The notes under the pieces are model-generated. The model was not told the DNA's origin and did not search any database. It was given only the letters and a program-made list of their open reading frames with translations. Position numbers and translations under genes: made by a program. A stretch of 58,866 bases of DNA from Candidatus Gottesmanbacteria bacterium. GTDB taxonomy: Bacteria > Patescibacteriota > Microgenomatia > UBA10105 > UBA927. Positions within the stretch are counted from its first letter, which is position 1; each line of letters opens with the position of its first letter. Where the stretch lies: positions 1 through 58,866 of the forward strand of contig JACREM010000069.1 in NCBI GenBank assembly GCA_016218215.1, read 5' to 3'. This document shows, one piece after another, positions 28,104-36,487 of this stretch.

Positions 28104-28799
28104 CTAACGAATGTCGGGAAAACCGACTACGTCTGCGCGATGTTGCAATAGATAATAATAGTTTGCCTTGATATATCTTGGGATGATTCCAATGCCTTCA
28201 TTTCCTCTTCTTCCGGAAGAGATAACAACGAGATTTTTATTAAATACCACTTTGCCGACGGTTTTGAGTCTTCGTGCTATTTCTATATCTTCAGCAATTT
28301 TAAAATTTTTCGGAAAGCCTCCAACTTGCATTGCTTTTTCTTTCCAGAATGCAATATTTTGACCCGGTGCCATCGGGATACCGAACCATGACAAAATCAA
28401 ATTCAGAGTAGGTTGTATGAAATTTATAAAAACTCGATACGCCAACGGCCCGTCTGGAACTCGGTAAATTCCATAAACACATGACACATTTGGTTTTAAT
28501 AACGATTTTTCAATTTTTGACAACCAATCATAGGGTACTTCGGTGTCTGCGTCAGTAAAAGCTACAATGTCACCCTTGGCTTTTTCAAGGCCTATCTGTC
28601 TTGCGTATCCGATACCTCGATGTTCAACAGTTTCAACGATTGCATTTTTTCCTTTGGCTACTTTTGCCGTCCCGTCTGTCGATTTTCCATCAATAACAAT
28701 GATTTCATCTGGCTTTCTGTCCAGTTTCCAAAGAGAGTCAATAGTCCTGGGAAGAAATTTTTCTTCGTTGTATGCGGGAATGACGACTGAGATGGTCAT
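28104..28799 (-). CDS. Family-2 glycosyltransferase (polyprenyl-phosphate sugar synthase, GtrB/DPM1-like)
   Basis: ISVVIPAYNEEKFLPRTIDSL, IIVIDGKSTDGT, IVAFTDADTEVP. Start moved to the ATG at 28799. Confidence 0.8.
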   Translation of the reverse strand: MTISVVIPAYNEEKFLPRTIDSLWKLDRKPDEIIVIDGKSTDGTAKVAKGKNAIVETVEHRGIGYARQIGLEKAKGDIVAFTDADTEVPYDWLSKIEKSLLKPNVSCVYGIYRVPDGPLAYRVFINFIQPTLNLILSWFGIPMAPGQNIAFWKEKAMQVGGFPKNFKIAEDIEIARRLKTVGKVVFNKNLVVISSGRRGNEGIGIIPRYIKANYYYLLQHRADVVGFPDIR

Positions 28800-28897
28800 A
28801 CGTATATAATAATCCCTGCCTGAGCAGGCGGGCAATAATCAAATTATCTCCTGCAAAGCAGGATCTGGCTCCGCCAGACAATAAACAAATAAATTGA

Positions 28898-29725
28898 TCA
28901 AGTATTTATATGAAATAATTTTTTGGCGTTTAATGTTGTTTGATTTTCTATCATGGATTCTGGCTCGTGTATTAAGGAAGATATTGTTTTTGCAATAAGT
29001 GGAATATATTTTGGTTCGTTCCGTTCTCCACGATGAGGTTCTGGAGTAAGATACGGAGCATCTGTTTCGAGGAGTAATGTATCTAGACGCATAGACGGAA
29101 GAATCGATTGTATATGCTTTGTGTAGGTGATATTTCCGTCAACACCGAAGTATAAATTTCGTTCAGTTGCCATTCTCATATCCTGAAGTCCTCCGGAAAA
29201 ACAGTGGATGACACCCAGTGGCATTTTGGGAAGCGCATCGAGTACCGAAAAAAGATCCTCGAACGCATCGCGGCAGTGAATGATGGCTGGAAGGCCGTAT
29301 TTTATGGCAAGGAGTAGTTGATCTTCGAATAAATGTTTCTGTTGGTCTTTTTTGCCATCTGCTTTTTCGCTTTTGAATTTGTGGTAATCCAATCCGCATT
29401 CGCCGATAGCGATAATTGTCCCCACTTCGCTTCTCGCTACGCTTAAGCTACGCGGGGTAAACTTTGTACCCTGGTATTTTTTTAGTAACAACTCGAGGTC
29501 GTGGGTGTCGGGGGATTTGTTGGCTTCGTACGGGTGATATCCGATGCTTGCAAAAAGGGACTGCGGTTGTGTAAGCGCAATGTCTATGGCTTTTTGAGAA
29601 AAATAAAGGTTAACTCCCGGGATGATAATTCTTTTTACTCCTGTTTTTTTTGCATTGCCGATTACAGAAACTACGTCTGTATTAAATTCAGGAAGATTGA
29701 GATGACAGTGAGTATCGATGTACAT
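28898..29725 (-). CDS. tatD: TatD-family metal-dependent hydrolase/DNase with a palindrome-encoded insertion
   Basis: MYIDTHCHLN, AIGECGLDYH, PAIIHCRDA, ETDAPYLTP. Start moved to the ATG at 29725. Confidence 0.85.
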   Translation of the reverse strand: MYIDTHCHLNLPEFNTDVVSVIGNAKKTGVKRIIIPGVNLYFSQKAIDIALTQPQSLFASIGYHPYEANKSPDTHDLELLLKKYQGTKFTPRSLSVARSEVGTIIAIGECGLDYHKFKSEKADGKKDQQKHLFEDQLLLAIKYGLPAIIHCRDAFEDLFSVLDALPKMPLGVIHCFSGGLQDMRMATERNLYFGVDGNITYTKHIQSILPSMRLDTLLLETDAPYLTPEPHRGERNEPKYIPLIAKTISSLIHEPESMIENQTTLNAKKLFHINT

Positions 29726-29732
29726 GATAGAA

Positions 29733-29788
29733 ATATCAAAAATCAAATATTAAATATCAAAAAATACAGATTTAAAATCAAAAAATAT
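29733..29788. repeat. Eight-unit heptanucleotide array (ATATCAA/AAATCAA family) between the metG stop and the tatD start
   Basis: ATATCAA AAATCAA ATATTAA ATATCAA AAAATAC AGATTTA AAATCAA AAAATAT. The 7-nt phase is kept across all 56 nt. Confidence 0.8.
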
Positions 29789-29796
29789 TAGCAATA

Positions 29797-31230
29797 CTAT
29801 ATGATTCTTGGAAATAGGGCGGGCCCGGAAATGATTTTTTTGGATGTGAATTGTTTTATGATTTTACTTGAAGTATCCGGCATAAATGGCTCAAGCAATG
29901 TTGCGATTTCAACTATTCTATTTGACGCATCTTCAATGATGCGGGTTAGGCCTTTCCCCTCTAGTTTCCAGGGTTCGTTTGTGTCTATGAATTGATCCGC
30001 TTCTTTCATCTTTTTCCAGATGTTTGCCAGCGCATCGTTAAATCGAAATTCTTCGAGTTCTGTTTTACACACGTCTTTGCATACGACTTTATAGTTGTAT
30101 GTTTTTGTGTTGAGTGATGATGCTTTTTCAGCAAGCTTAGCGACGCGGGCGACGAGATTTCCTAGTCCTCCGGCAAGGTCGCTATTGTAGACCTCTTTGA
30201 ACCGTCTTTCGGAATAGTCTCCGTCGCTATACGAAGGGATTTCTTTTAGAAGATAATACCGCACTGCATCTGAGCCGTATTTTGTAATAATCGTCATCGG
30301 GTCAACGACGTTTCCTAAGGTTTTACTCATTTTTTGACCATCTACTGTGAGATAGCCATGTGAAAAACAAGATTTCGGAAGAGGAAGTCCGGCGGATGTT
30401 AGAATTGCCGGCCAGTAGACGACGTGAAATCGTAAGATACCTTTGCCGATGACCATGCAATCCTGTCCGGCCCATGTGTCAAATAGGGTTTGGTCATATC
30501 CAAACCCTATGCCGGTCTGGTAGATATTTAGCGCATCAAACCAGACATACATAATCTGGTCTGAATCTCCCGGTACCGGTACGCCCCAGCCTTTTGCGCG
30601 CTTAGTACTTCTTGAGATGGAAAAATCTTCAAGGCCGCGTCTCACAAAAGCGAGCGCTTCGTTTTTACGGATTTTTGGAAGAATTTTAAGCGTATCAGAT
30701 TCGAGCAAATTTTCAATGAACGATTGGTATTTTGAGAGGCTGAAGAAATAATTTTCCTCCGAGACTTGTTCAAGTTTTCTCCCAGGGTGTTCATAGCATT
30801 CGCCGTGTTCGTTTAATTCTTCTTTGGGGTAGAATTGTTCACATCCGACGCAATACAGTCCTGTATATGATTTTTTGTAGATATCGCCATTTTTTTCACA
30901 GAGTTTCCAGAGTTTTTGGGAAGAGGCAAAATGATGTATCTGATCCGTCCCGCGCTGCCAGATATCAAAATGGACGGAAAGTTTTTGCGCAAGATCCAAA
31001 AATTCCTTTTGATGTATGTCTGTAAATTCTTGAGGATTTTGTTTTGCTTTTTCTGCCGCCTGGACAATTTTCAATGCGTTTTCATCTGCTCCGCAGAGAT
31101 ACGTAACCGTGTAGCCCAAAAGCATTCTAAAGCGCCTGATAACGTCAGAGTAGACAAACTCCTGTGCGTGACCTATATGAGGAGCTGCATTGACGTACGG
31201 AATTGCGCTCGTGAGATAAAATTTTGCCAT
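29797..31230 (-). CDS. metG: Methionine--tRNA ligase (minimal form, no C-terminal tRNA-binding domain)
   Basis: YVNAAPHIGHAQE (HIGH), KMSKTLGN (KMSKS), CVGCEQF...C zinc knuckle region. Confidence 0.92.
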   Translation of the reverse strand: MAKFYLTSAIPYVNAAPHIGHAQEFVYSDVIRRFRMLLGYTVTYLCGADENALKIVQAAEKAKQNPQEFTDIHQKEFLDLAQKLSVHFDIWQRGTDQIHHFASSQKLWKLCEKNGDIYKKSYTGLYCVGCEQFYPKEELNEHGECYEHPGRKLEQVSEENYFFSLSKYQSFIENLLESDTLKILPKIRKNEALAFVRRGLEDFSISRSTKRAKGWGVPVPGDSDQIMYVWFDALNIYQTGIGFGYDQTLFDTWAGQDCMVIGKGILRFHVVYWPAILTSAGLPLPKSCFSHGYLTVDGQKMSKTLGNVVDPMTIITKYGSDAVRYYLLKEIPSYSDGDYSERRFKEVYNSDLAGGLGNLVARVAKLAEKASSLNTKTYNYKVVCKDVCKTELEEFRFNDALANIWKKMKEADQFIDTNEPWKLEGKGLTRIIEDASNRIVEIATLLEPFMPDTSSKIIKQFTSKKIISGPALFPRII

Positions 31231-31263
31231 TTGATGCGATTGTAGCGAAATTAAACCTGAGAC

Positions 31264-31575
31264 TCAATGTTCGCTTTTCGTGTGTACCATCTGGTCTATA
31301 ATGACAAGGATACTCGTAAGTAAGATCGGATACAGGATATTTTTCAGTCCAAAGAGCCGTAGGACGAGTACCATGGAAACTCCGAGAGAGATGAGAAAGC
31401 ATCGGACAAATGATTTTGTCATTATGCTGCATGTGACAAAAAGAAAGCAAAAAAGTATAAAAAAGAAGAAAAGTATTGATGCGCTACTCGTTGGCGCTAT
31501 GGTTTGGATATAGAAACCAAAAAGTGACACAAGACTGATCCAGAGAAAAAGACGGAGCGGCGTATAAGATTTCAT
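31264..31575 (-). CDS. Small membrane protein, unknown function
   Basis: Three to four hydrophobic helices. Start moved to the ATG at 31575 to avoid overlap with rmuC and to leave room for divergent promoters. Confidence 0.4.
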   Translation of the reverse strand: MKSYTPLRLFLWISLVSLFGFYIQTIAPTSSASILFFFFILFCFLFVTCSIMTKSFVRCFLISLGVSMVLVLRLFGLKNILYPILLTSILVIIDQMVHTKSEH

Positions 31576-31625
31576 GTGTACTACTATAATACAAATTATT
31601 AAAAGAGCAGTATACTGTACCCAGA

Positions 31626-32627
31626 ATGTCTTTTGATTCAATCATTCTTATCACGGTTTTGATTTTAGGATTTATTTCCCTGGGTATATTTTTTGTATGG
31701 TATGCTGAAAAATCTAAGGCTCCGGCTAATGATAAAGCACTCCTGTCATGGCTTGGGTCAATGCAGCAATCTATTGAGCAAACAAATAAAACGCTTCATG
31801 AATCTATGCGGGGGTCTACGAGTGAGATGTCAAAGGTTTTGTCTGAAAATTCGAGACAGCTAAACGACAGACTCGATACAGCATCCCGAGTGATTGGGGA
31901 TCTAAAGAAAAACCTTGGAGAGATGTCTGAAGTTGGGCGGGGGATAAAGAGCCTGCAGGAGTTTTTACAATCCCCGAAACTTCGGGGGAATATAGGCGAA
32001 GAAGTGCTAAAAGACATGATCGGACAGACGTTTCCCCGTAATTCATTTCACTTGCAGTATTCGTTTCATTCAGGCGTCAAAGTAGATGCGGTACTTAAAA
32101 CCGATGCGGGTCTCCTTTGTATAGACTCAAAATTTCCCATGGAAAATTTTACCCTGATGCACACAGGAGAGAGTGAAGAGGAGAGAAAGAGAGCAGGAAA
32201 AGAGTTTGCGGCGGATATAAAAAAACATATTAGCGATATAAGTAAGAAATATATTTTGCCCGAGGAGGGGACGATGGATTTTGCACTCATGTATATACCA
32301 TCTGAAGCCGTCTATTACGAACTCGTCAATATTGCCGATGTCATGGAGTATGCCCGCAAAGAACGGGTGTACCCGGTTTCGCCAAACACACTGTATGCGC
32401 ATTTACAACTTCTTCTCGTCAGTTTTCAGGGGAAAGCCATGGAGGAAAAATCCAAAGAAGTGTTTACGCTTCTACGCGCCATACAAAAAGATTACAAAAA
32501 GATTGACGACCAGCTGTCGACACTGAATAAGCACGTGACAAATGCATACAACAGCATGTCTTCTGTTTCAAGCGCCCATGCCCAGATGGGGCAGAAGCTT
32601 CAGGGCAAAAATGCGCTTATTGAGTAA
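31626..32627 (+). CDS. rmuC: DNA recombination protein RmuC
   Basis: N-terminal TM, coiled coil, then LQSPKLRGNIGEEVLKDMI...VDAVLKTDAGLLCIDSKFPMENF...MYIPSEAVYYE, typical of the RmuC nuclease-like domain. Confidence 0.8.
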   Translation: MSFDSIILITVLILGFISLGIFFVWYAEKSKAPANDKALLSWLGSMQQSIEQTNKTLHESMRGSTSEMSKVLSENSRQLNDRLDTASRVIGDLKKNLGEMSEVGRGIKSLQEFLQSPKLRGNIGEEVLKDMIGQTFPRNSFHLQYSFHSGVKVDAVLKTDAGLLCIDSKFPMENFTLMHTGESEEERKRAGKEFAADIKKHISDISKKYILPEEGTMDFALMYIPSEAVYYELVNIADVMEYARKERVYPVSPNTLYAHLQLLLVSFQGKAMEEKSKEVFTLLRAIQKDYKKIDDQLSTLNKHVTNAYNSMSSVSSAHAQMGQKLQGKNALIE

Positions 32628-33351
32628 CGGCGCCTGTTGCTCCTGATGGAGTTGCGGTAGATTTCACTGGAAGAGAGAAATCTTTTAGATGCGTGACTTC
32701 TGTGATGGTACTCAGCTTTGAATCCCAAAGACCTTTCACCTGTACTCTGTCGTTTACATTGACCACGTCAAGCGTCATAGTTTCATTTTTTCTGTTCACA
32801 ATTTTTGCTTTTGACGTGTCTACCGTTACAGACTGGCTGCCGCGGTTTACCGTTTGAAGGGTAAAGGTGTTTCCTGATTTGCTGCTCACCGTGCCGACGA
32901 ATGTACCTTTTCGTTTCTGAACAGACGTGTCACGAATCATCGTGGCATTCATAGCTGTAGCGTCTGCATTTGTCCATTTTCCCCAGACGTTCACTACATC
33001 TCCGACTGAAATTTCGGAGAACATGCCGCTACCCCAGAAGCGCCTACGGTATTTTGTGCTTGAGTCAGTCGTGACAGAAATAGTTTTTCCGTCTTTAGTG
33101 ACAGTGAGTGTAGAACCCGAGACTCCCGTAATTGAACCGCCAGTAAAATGTGCGGGTCTGTTGGTTTTGTCTGTACGAAGAGTTTTTATCTCCTCTTTTA
33201 TTTCTTTACGGTTTTCCTGGATAGATTCTCGAATCTGTTGCCTTGTGGTGGTTGGCGTTTGAGCAAAGATGCTTCCTGCTGTGAGAAACGGACTGACAGC
33301 AATAGTGGAAAGTACGGCTACGCGAAAAATCGGGTTATTTTTGAATGTCAT
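32617..33351 (-). CDS. Secreted protein with repeated beta-barrel (DUF5666-like) modules
   Basis: Signal peptide ending IFAQ. Two similar segments: GSITGVSGSTLTVTKDGKTISVTTD and GTVSSKSGNTFTLQTVNRGSQSVTVD. Strong SD AAGGAGGA. Confidence 0.5.
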   Translation of the reverse strand: MTFKNNPIFRVAVLSTIAVSPFLTAGSIFAQTPTTTRQQIRESIQENRKEIKEEIKTLRTDKTNRPAHFTGGSITGVSGSTLTVTKDGKTISVTTDSSTKYRRRFWGSGMFSEISVGDVVNVWGKWTNADATAMNATMIRDTSVQKRKGTFVGTVSSKSGNTFTLQTVNRGSQSVTVDTSKAKIVNRKNETMTLDVVNVNDRVQVKGLWDSKLSTITEVTHLKDFSLPVKSTATPSGATGAVTQ

Positions 33352-33488
33352 AGTATTCCTCCTTATGAACTTTTTGTACTCTCTAAAAAGGCCGCTTCTA
33401 TTATATTTTTATTTAAGGATGCGGCACTAGGGTTCGTAATCACAAATATCTATGAAGCTATTTGCGAACGTTCCCTTAGTAATACGTA

Positions 33489-33508
33489 GAAACTTTCTAA
33501 AAAGTTTC
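33489..33508. promoter_or_regulatory. Perfect 8-bp palindrome GAAACTTT-CTAA-AAAGTTTC upstream of the helicase-nuclease gene
   Basis: Read directly. It lies about 30-50 nt upstream of TATAAT (33537-33542), between divergent genes, so it is not a terminator position. Confidence 0.35.
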
Positions 33509-33553
33509 AAACACACACAATTTTGATTGTGAAGGGTATAATGGTGACACAGT

Positions 33554-36460
33554 ATGAGTGATGCTGATAAACGAATTTTAAATGATGAGCAGAAGGATGC
33601 GGTAGAACATGGCGAAGGGCCGCTTCTTATCATAGCCGGAGCGGGAACGGGGAAAACGACCGTCATAACCGAGCGGATCGTACACCTTATCACTTCAGGA
33701 AGAGCAAAGCCTCAGGAGATACTAGCGCTCACGTTTACTGAAAAAGCAAGCCAAGAGATGGAGGAGCGGGTAGATAAAGCGCTTCCGTATGGTGTAACTC
33801 AGATGTGGATTTCGACATTTCATGCGTTTTGCGATCGGGTGATTCGGGCTCACGGGATACATATTGGTATAGATCCCGGATTTCGCGTGATGACAGAGGC
33901 AGAAACGATACAATTTTTTAAGCGTCATTTATTTTCGTTTGGCTTGTCGTATTTCAGGCCTCTCGGGAATCCCCAAAAATTTATCCAAGGGATGATTACG
34001 CACTTTTCAAGGCTTAAAGATGAAGACGTGACACCCAATGCTTATTTAGATTGGGTGAAATCAAATTTTAAAAATCAAAAATCAAAAATGCAGACTGAAG
34101 AGAAAGAAGAACGGGAAAAATATAGGGAATTGGCGGAGGCGTATGGTCTGTATGAAAAATTAAAACTCAAGGAGAGTGTATTTGATTTTAGTGACCTTAT
34201 TTCTTACTGTCTCAAGCTTTTTCGTGAGAGGTCATCGGTACTTAAGGAGTATCAAGATCAATTTTCGTATGTATTGATCGACGAATTTCAGGATACAAAT
34301 TTTGCGCAAAACGAACTTGCGATGCTTCTTGCAGCTCCCAAAAACAATCTTACTGTCGTCGGTGATGATGATCAGGCCATTTACCGATGGCGTGGAGCAG
34401 CAGTGTCTAATATTGTCCAGTTTCGGTCAACATACAAGGAAGCTAAAGTAATAGTGTTGACAAAAAATTACCGGTCAACACAGGAAATTTTAGATAGGTC
34501 TCATGATGCCGTAGAACACAATAACCCGGATCGGTTAGAAGTGGTAGAAAAAATAGATAAGAAACTCGAAAGCATGAGGCGGATAAAAGGCGAACAGGTA
34601 CAGTTGATTTTGACTAACCGTGGAGAGGATGAGGCAGATGAGGTTGTAAAGCTAATATTAAAAATTAAAAATCAAATATCAAATAAATATGAGTGGAGGG
34701 ACTTTGCTATTCTTGTGCGTGCAAATGCGCACGCAGAACCATTTGTTCGTTCTCTTTCCCGCGCCGGAATACCATATCAGTTCCTAGGACCAGGCCAGCT
34801 TCTCCGTCAAGCGGAGATAAAAGATCTGATCGCGTACCTGACGCTTCTAACAAACTTTTACGATAATGTTGCGTTTTATCGAGTGCTTTCGATGGACTGG
34901 ATGCATATAGACGGAAGAGATATCGTCGCAATCGCCGCGTCGGCTCGAAAGCAAGGCATATCTCTTTTTGAGGTGTGCGAAAAAGTTGAATCGTTATCGA
35001 TTTCTGAAGCATCAAAGAGTGCAGTCGCATCTTTTGTTTCTATGGTTCATCGTCACATGGAGCGTATGAAAAAAGAATCGGCTGGTCAGATACTCTACTA
35101 TTTTTTGGAAGATTCGGGACTGCTCGTAAACCTCGCAGCGTACAAGACTGAAGCAGACGAACGAAGAGCCATGAACGTTGCTAAATTTTTTAATAAGCTC
35201 AAGTCATATGAGACGACACATGGCGACGCCAGTGTCTTTGCTGTTTTGGATTGGATTTCGCTTTCACTTGATCTCGGCGAATCTCCGGCTTCAAGCGACA
35301 CCGACTGGGCAGAGGAAAATGCAGTAAATATATTAACAATTCATGGTTCAAAAGGTCTTGAATTTCCGGTCGTATTTGTGGTGAATCTCGTGTCCGGCAG
35401 ATTCCCAACCATAGAGCGCAAAGAACAGATTCCTCTTCCGGATGTGTTTATACATGAAATACTCCCATCAGGAGAATACCACGAACAGGAAGAGCGTCGG
35501 ATTTTTTACGTGGCGATGACCCGCGCACGGGACCATTTAATAGTATCCGGATCGAAGTTTTATAACGAAGGAAAACGTGAAAGAAAACTTTCACCGTTTA
35601 TAGGAGAGGCGCTGGGCGAAAGAATATCCAATATCCAATATCCAATATCCAACGAGGAGAAGCAGTTATCATTTTTAGATTGGGGCAAGAAAGAGGAGGC
35701 GAAGCCTTCTCCCAAAAATGCATCACCAGTATCATTTCTCTCATACTCACAGCTCAATTCCTTTGAGACGTGTCCTTTGCAGTATAAATATCGATATATA
35801 GTGAAACTTCCTGTTCCGCCGTCTGCTGCGTTGTCGTTTGGCGATACCATTCATAAAACGGTGTATGCATTTTATGATCTGGTACGAAAAGGGGAGAGAC
35901 CGACGTCTAAAACACTCCTTTCACTGTATACTGGTTTCTGGTCGAGGATCGGGTACGGAAATGCATCATATGAGGAAAAAATGAAAGCGCATGGAGTAGA
36001 GCTTCTCGAAGGATTTTATAAAAAGGGATACATAAAAGGACATGTGCCAATTGCTCTAGAAGAGCCGTTTAAGATAAAAATAACTCCCCATCTGACACTT
36101 GGCGGCAAAGTAGACCGTATAGATGCACGGGAGGACGGCAAAGTAGAAATTATAGATTACAAGACCGGAAAGACTCCGAAAAATAGAGATGTGACGAAAG
36201 ATTTTCAGCTTTCAGTTTACGCTCTCGCGGCGACTGCGCCGACACTGTACACAAGAAAACCTGAAGATGTCATCGTATCTTTTTATTTTTTTGAAGATCA
36301 GATGAAGGTGAGCGGTACCCGAACACAGGAACAGCTTGATGAGGCGCGGGAGACTGTCAAGAAGCGTGCGGAGGAAATACAAACGAGTACTTTTTCGCCT
36401 ACTTCAGGAAAACACTGTGATTTTTGTGAATTTAAACTCATCTGTGAAGCCTGGCAGTAA
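33554..36460 (+). CDS. UvrD/Rep-family helicase fused to C-terminal PD-(D/E)XK (AddB/Cas4-like, Cys4) nuclease
   Basis: AGAGTGKTT, DEFQDTN, VGDDDQAIYRWRGA, TIHGSKGLEFPVVF, YVAMTRAR. C-terminus has CPLQYKY ... GKVDRIDAREDGKVEIIDYKTGK ... CDFCEFKLIC. Confidence 0.85.
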   Translation: MSDADKRILNDEQKDAVEHGEGPLLIIAGAGTGKTTVITERIVHLITSGRAKPQEILALTFTEKASQEMEERVDKALPYGVTQMWISTFHAFCDRVIRAHGIHIGIDPGFRVMTEAETIQFFKRHLFSFGLSYFRPLGNPQKFIQGMITHFSRLKDEDVTPNAYLDWVKSNFKNQKSKMQTEEKEEREKYRELAEAYGLYEKLKLKESVFDFSDLISYCLKLFRERSSVLKEYQDQFSYVLIDEFQDTNFAQNELAMLLAAPKNNLTVVGDDDQAIYRWRGAAVSNIVQFRSTYKEAKVIVLTKNYRSTQEILDRSHDAVEHNNPDRLEVVEKIDKKLESMRRIKGEQVQLILTNRGEDEADEVVKLILKIKNQISNKYEWRDFAILVRANAHAEPFVRSLSRAGIPYQFLGPGQLLRQAEIKDLIAYLTLLTNFYDNVAFYRVLSMDWMHIDGRDIVAIAASARKQGISLFEVCEKVESLSISEASKSAVASFVSMVHRHMERMKKESAGQILYYFLEDSGLLVNLAAYKTEADERRAMNVAKFFNKLKSYETTHGDASVFAVLDWISLSLDLGESPASSDTDWAEENAVNILTIHGSKGLEFPVVFVVNLVSGRFPTIERKEQIPLPDVFIHEILPSGEYHEQEERRIFYVAMTRARDHLIVSGSKFYNEGKRERKLSPFIGEALGERISNIQYPISNEEKQLSFLDWGKKEEAKPSPKNASPVSFLSYSQLNSFETCPLQYKYRYIVKLPVPPSAALSFGDTIHKTVYAFYDLVRKGERPTSKTLLSLYTGFWSRIGYGNASYEEKMKAHGVELLEGFYKKGYIKGHVPIALEEPFKIKITPHLTLGGKVDRIDAREDGKVEIIDYKTGKTPKNRDVTKDFQLSVYALAATAPTLYTRKPEDVIVSFYFFEDQMKVSGTRTQEQLDEARETVKKRAEEIQTSTFSPTSGKHCDFCEFKLICEAWQ
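34058..34092. repeat. Heptanucleotide array (AAATCAA family, 5 units) inside the helicase-nuclease gene
   Basis: AAATCAA ATTTTAA AAATCAA AAATCAA AAATGCA. It encodes SNFKNQKSKMQ. Confidence 0.8.
34657..34684. repeat. Heptanucleotide array (ATTAAAA x2, ATCAAAT x2) inside the helicase-nuclease gene
   Basis: It encodes LKIKNQISNK. Confidence 0.75.
35624..35651. repeat. Perfect (ATATCCA)x4 heptanucleotide array inside the helicase-nuclease gene
   Basis: It encodes ISNIQYPISN. Confidence 0.9.
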
Positions 36461-36466
36461 AATAAT

Positions 36467-36487
36467 GAGCTTAGAGCTTAGAGACTG
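36467..36487. repeat. Heptanucleotide array GAGCTTA GAGCTTA GAGACTG spanning the convergent helicase/fem gene ends
   Basis: It starts 7 nt after the helicase TAA and includes the stop codon and last codons of the fem paralog on the other strand. Confidence 0.7.

Noticed and set aside
29733-29788. Possibility that the short tandem arrays are a CRISPR array or its remnant
   Set aside because: The units are only 7-9 nt long and directly abutting, with no spacers, and no cas genes are present. This is microsatellite-like or STRR-like repetition, not CRISPR.
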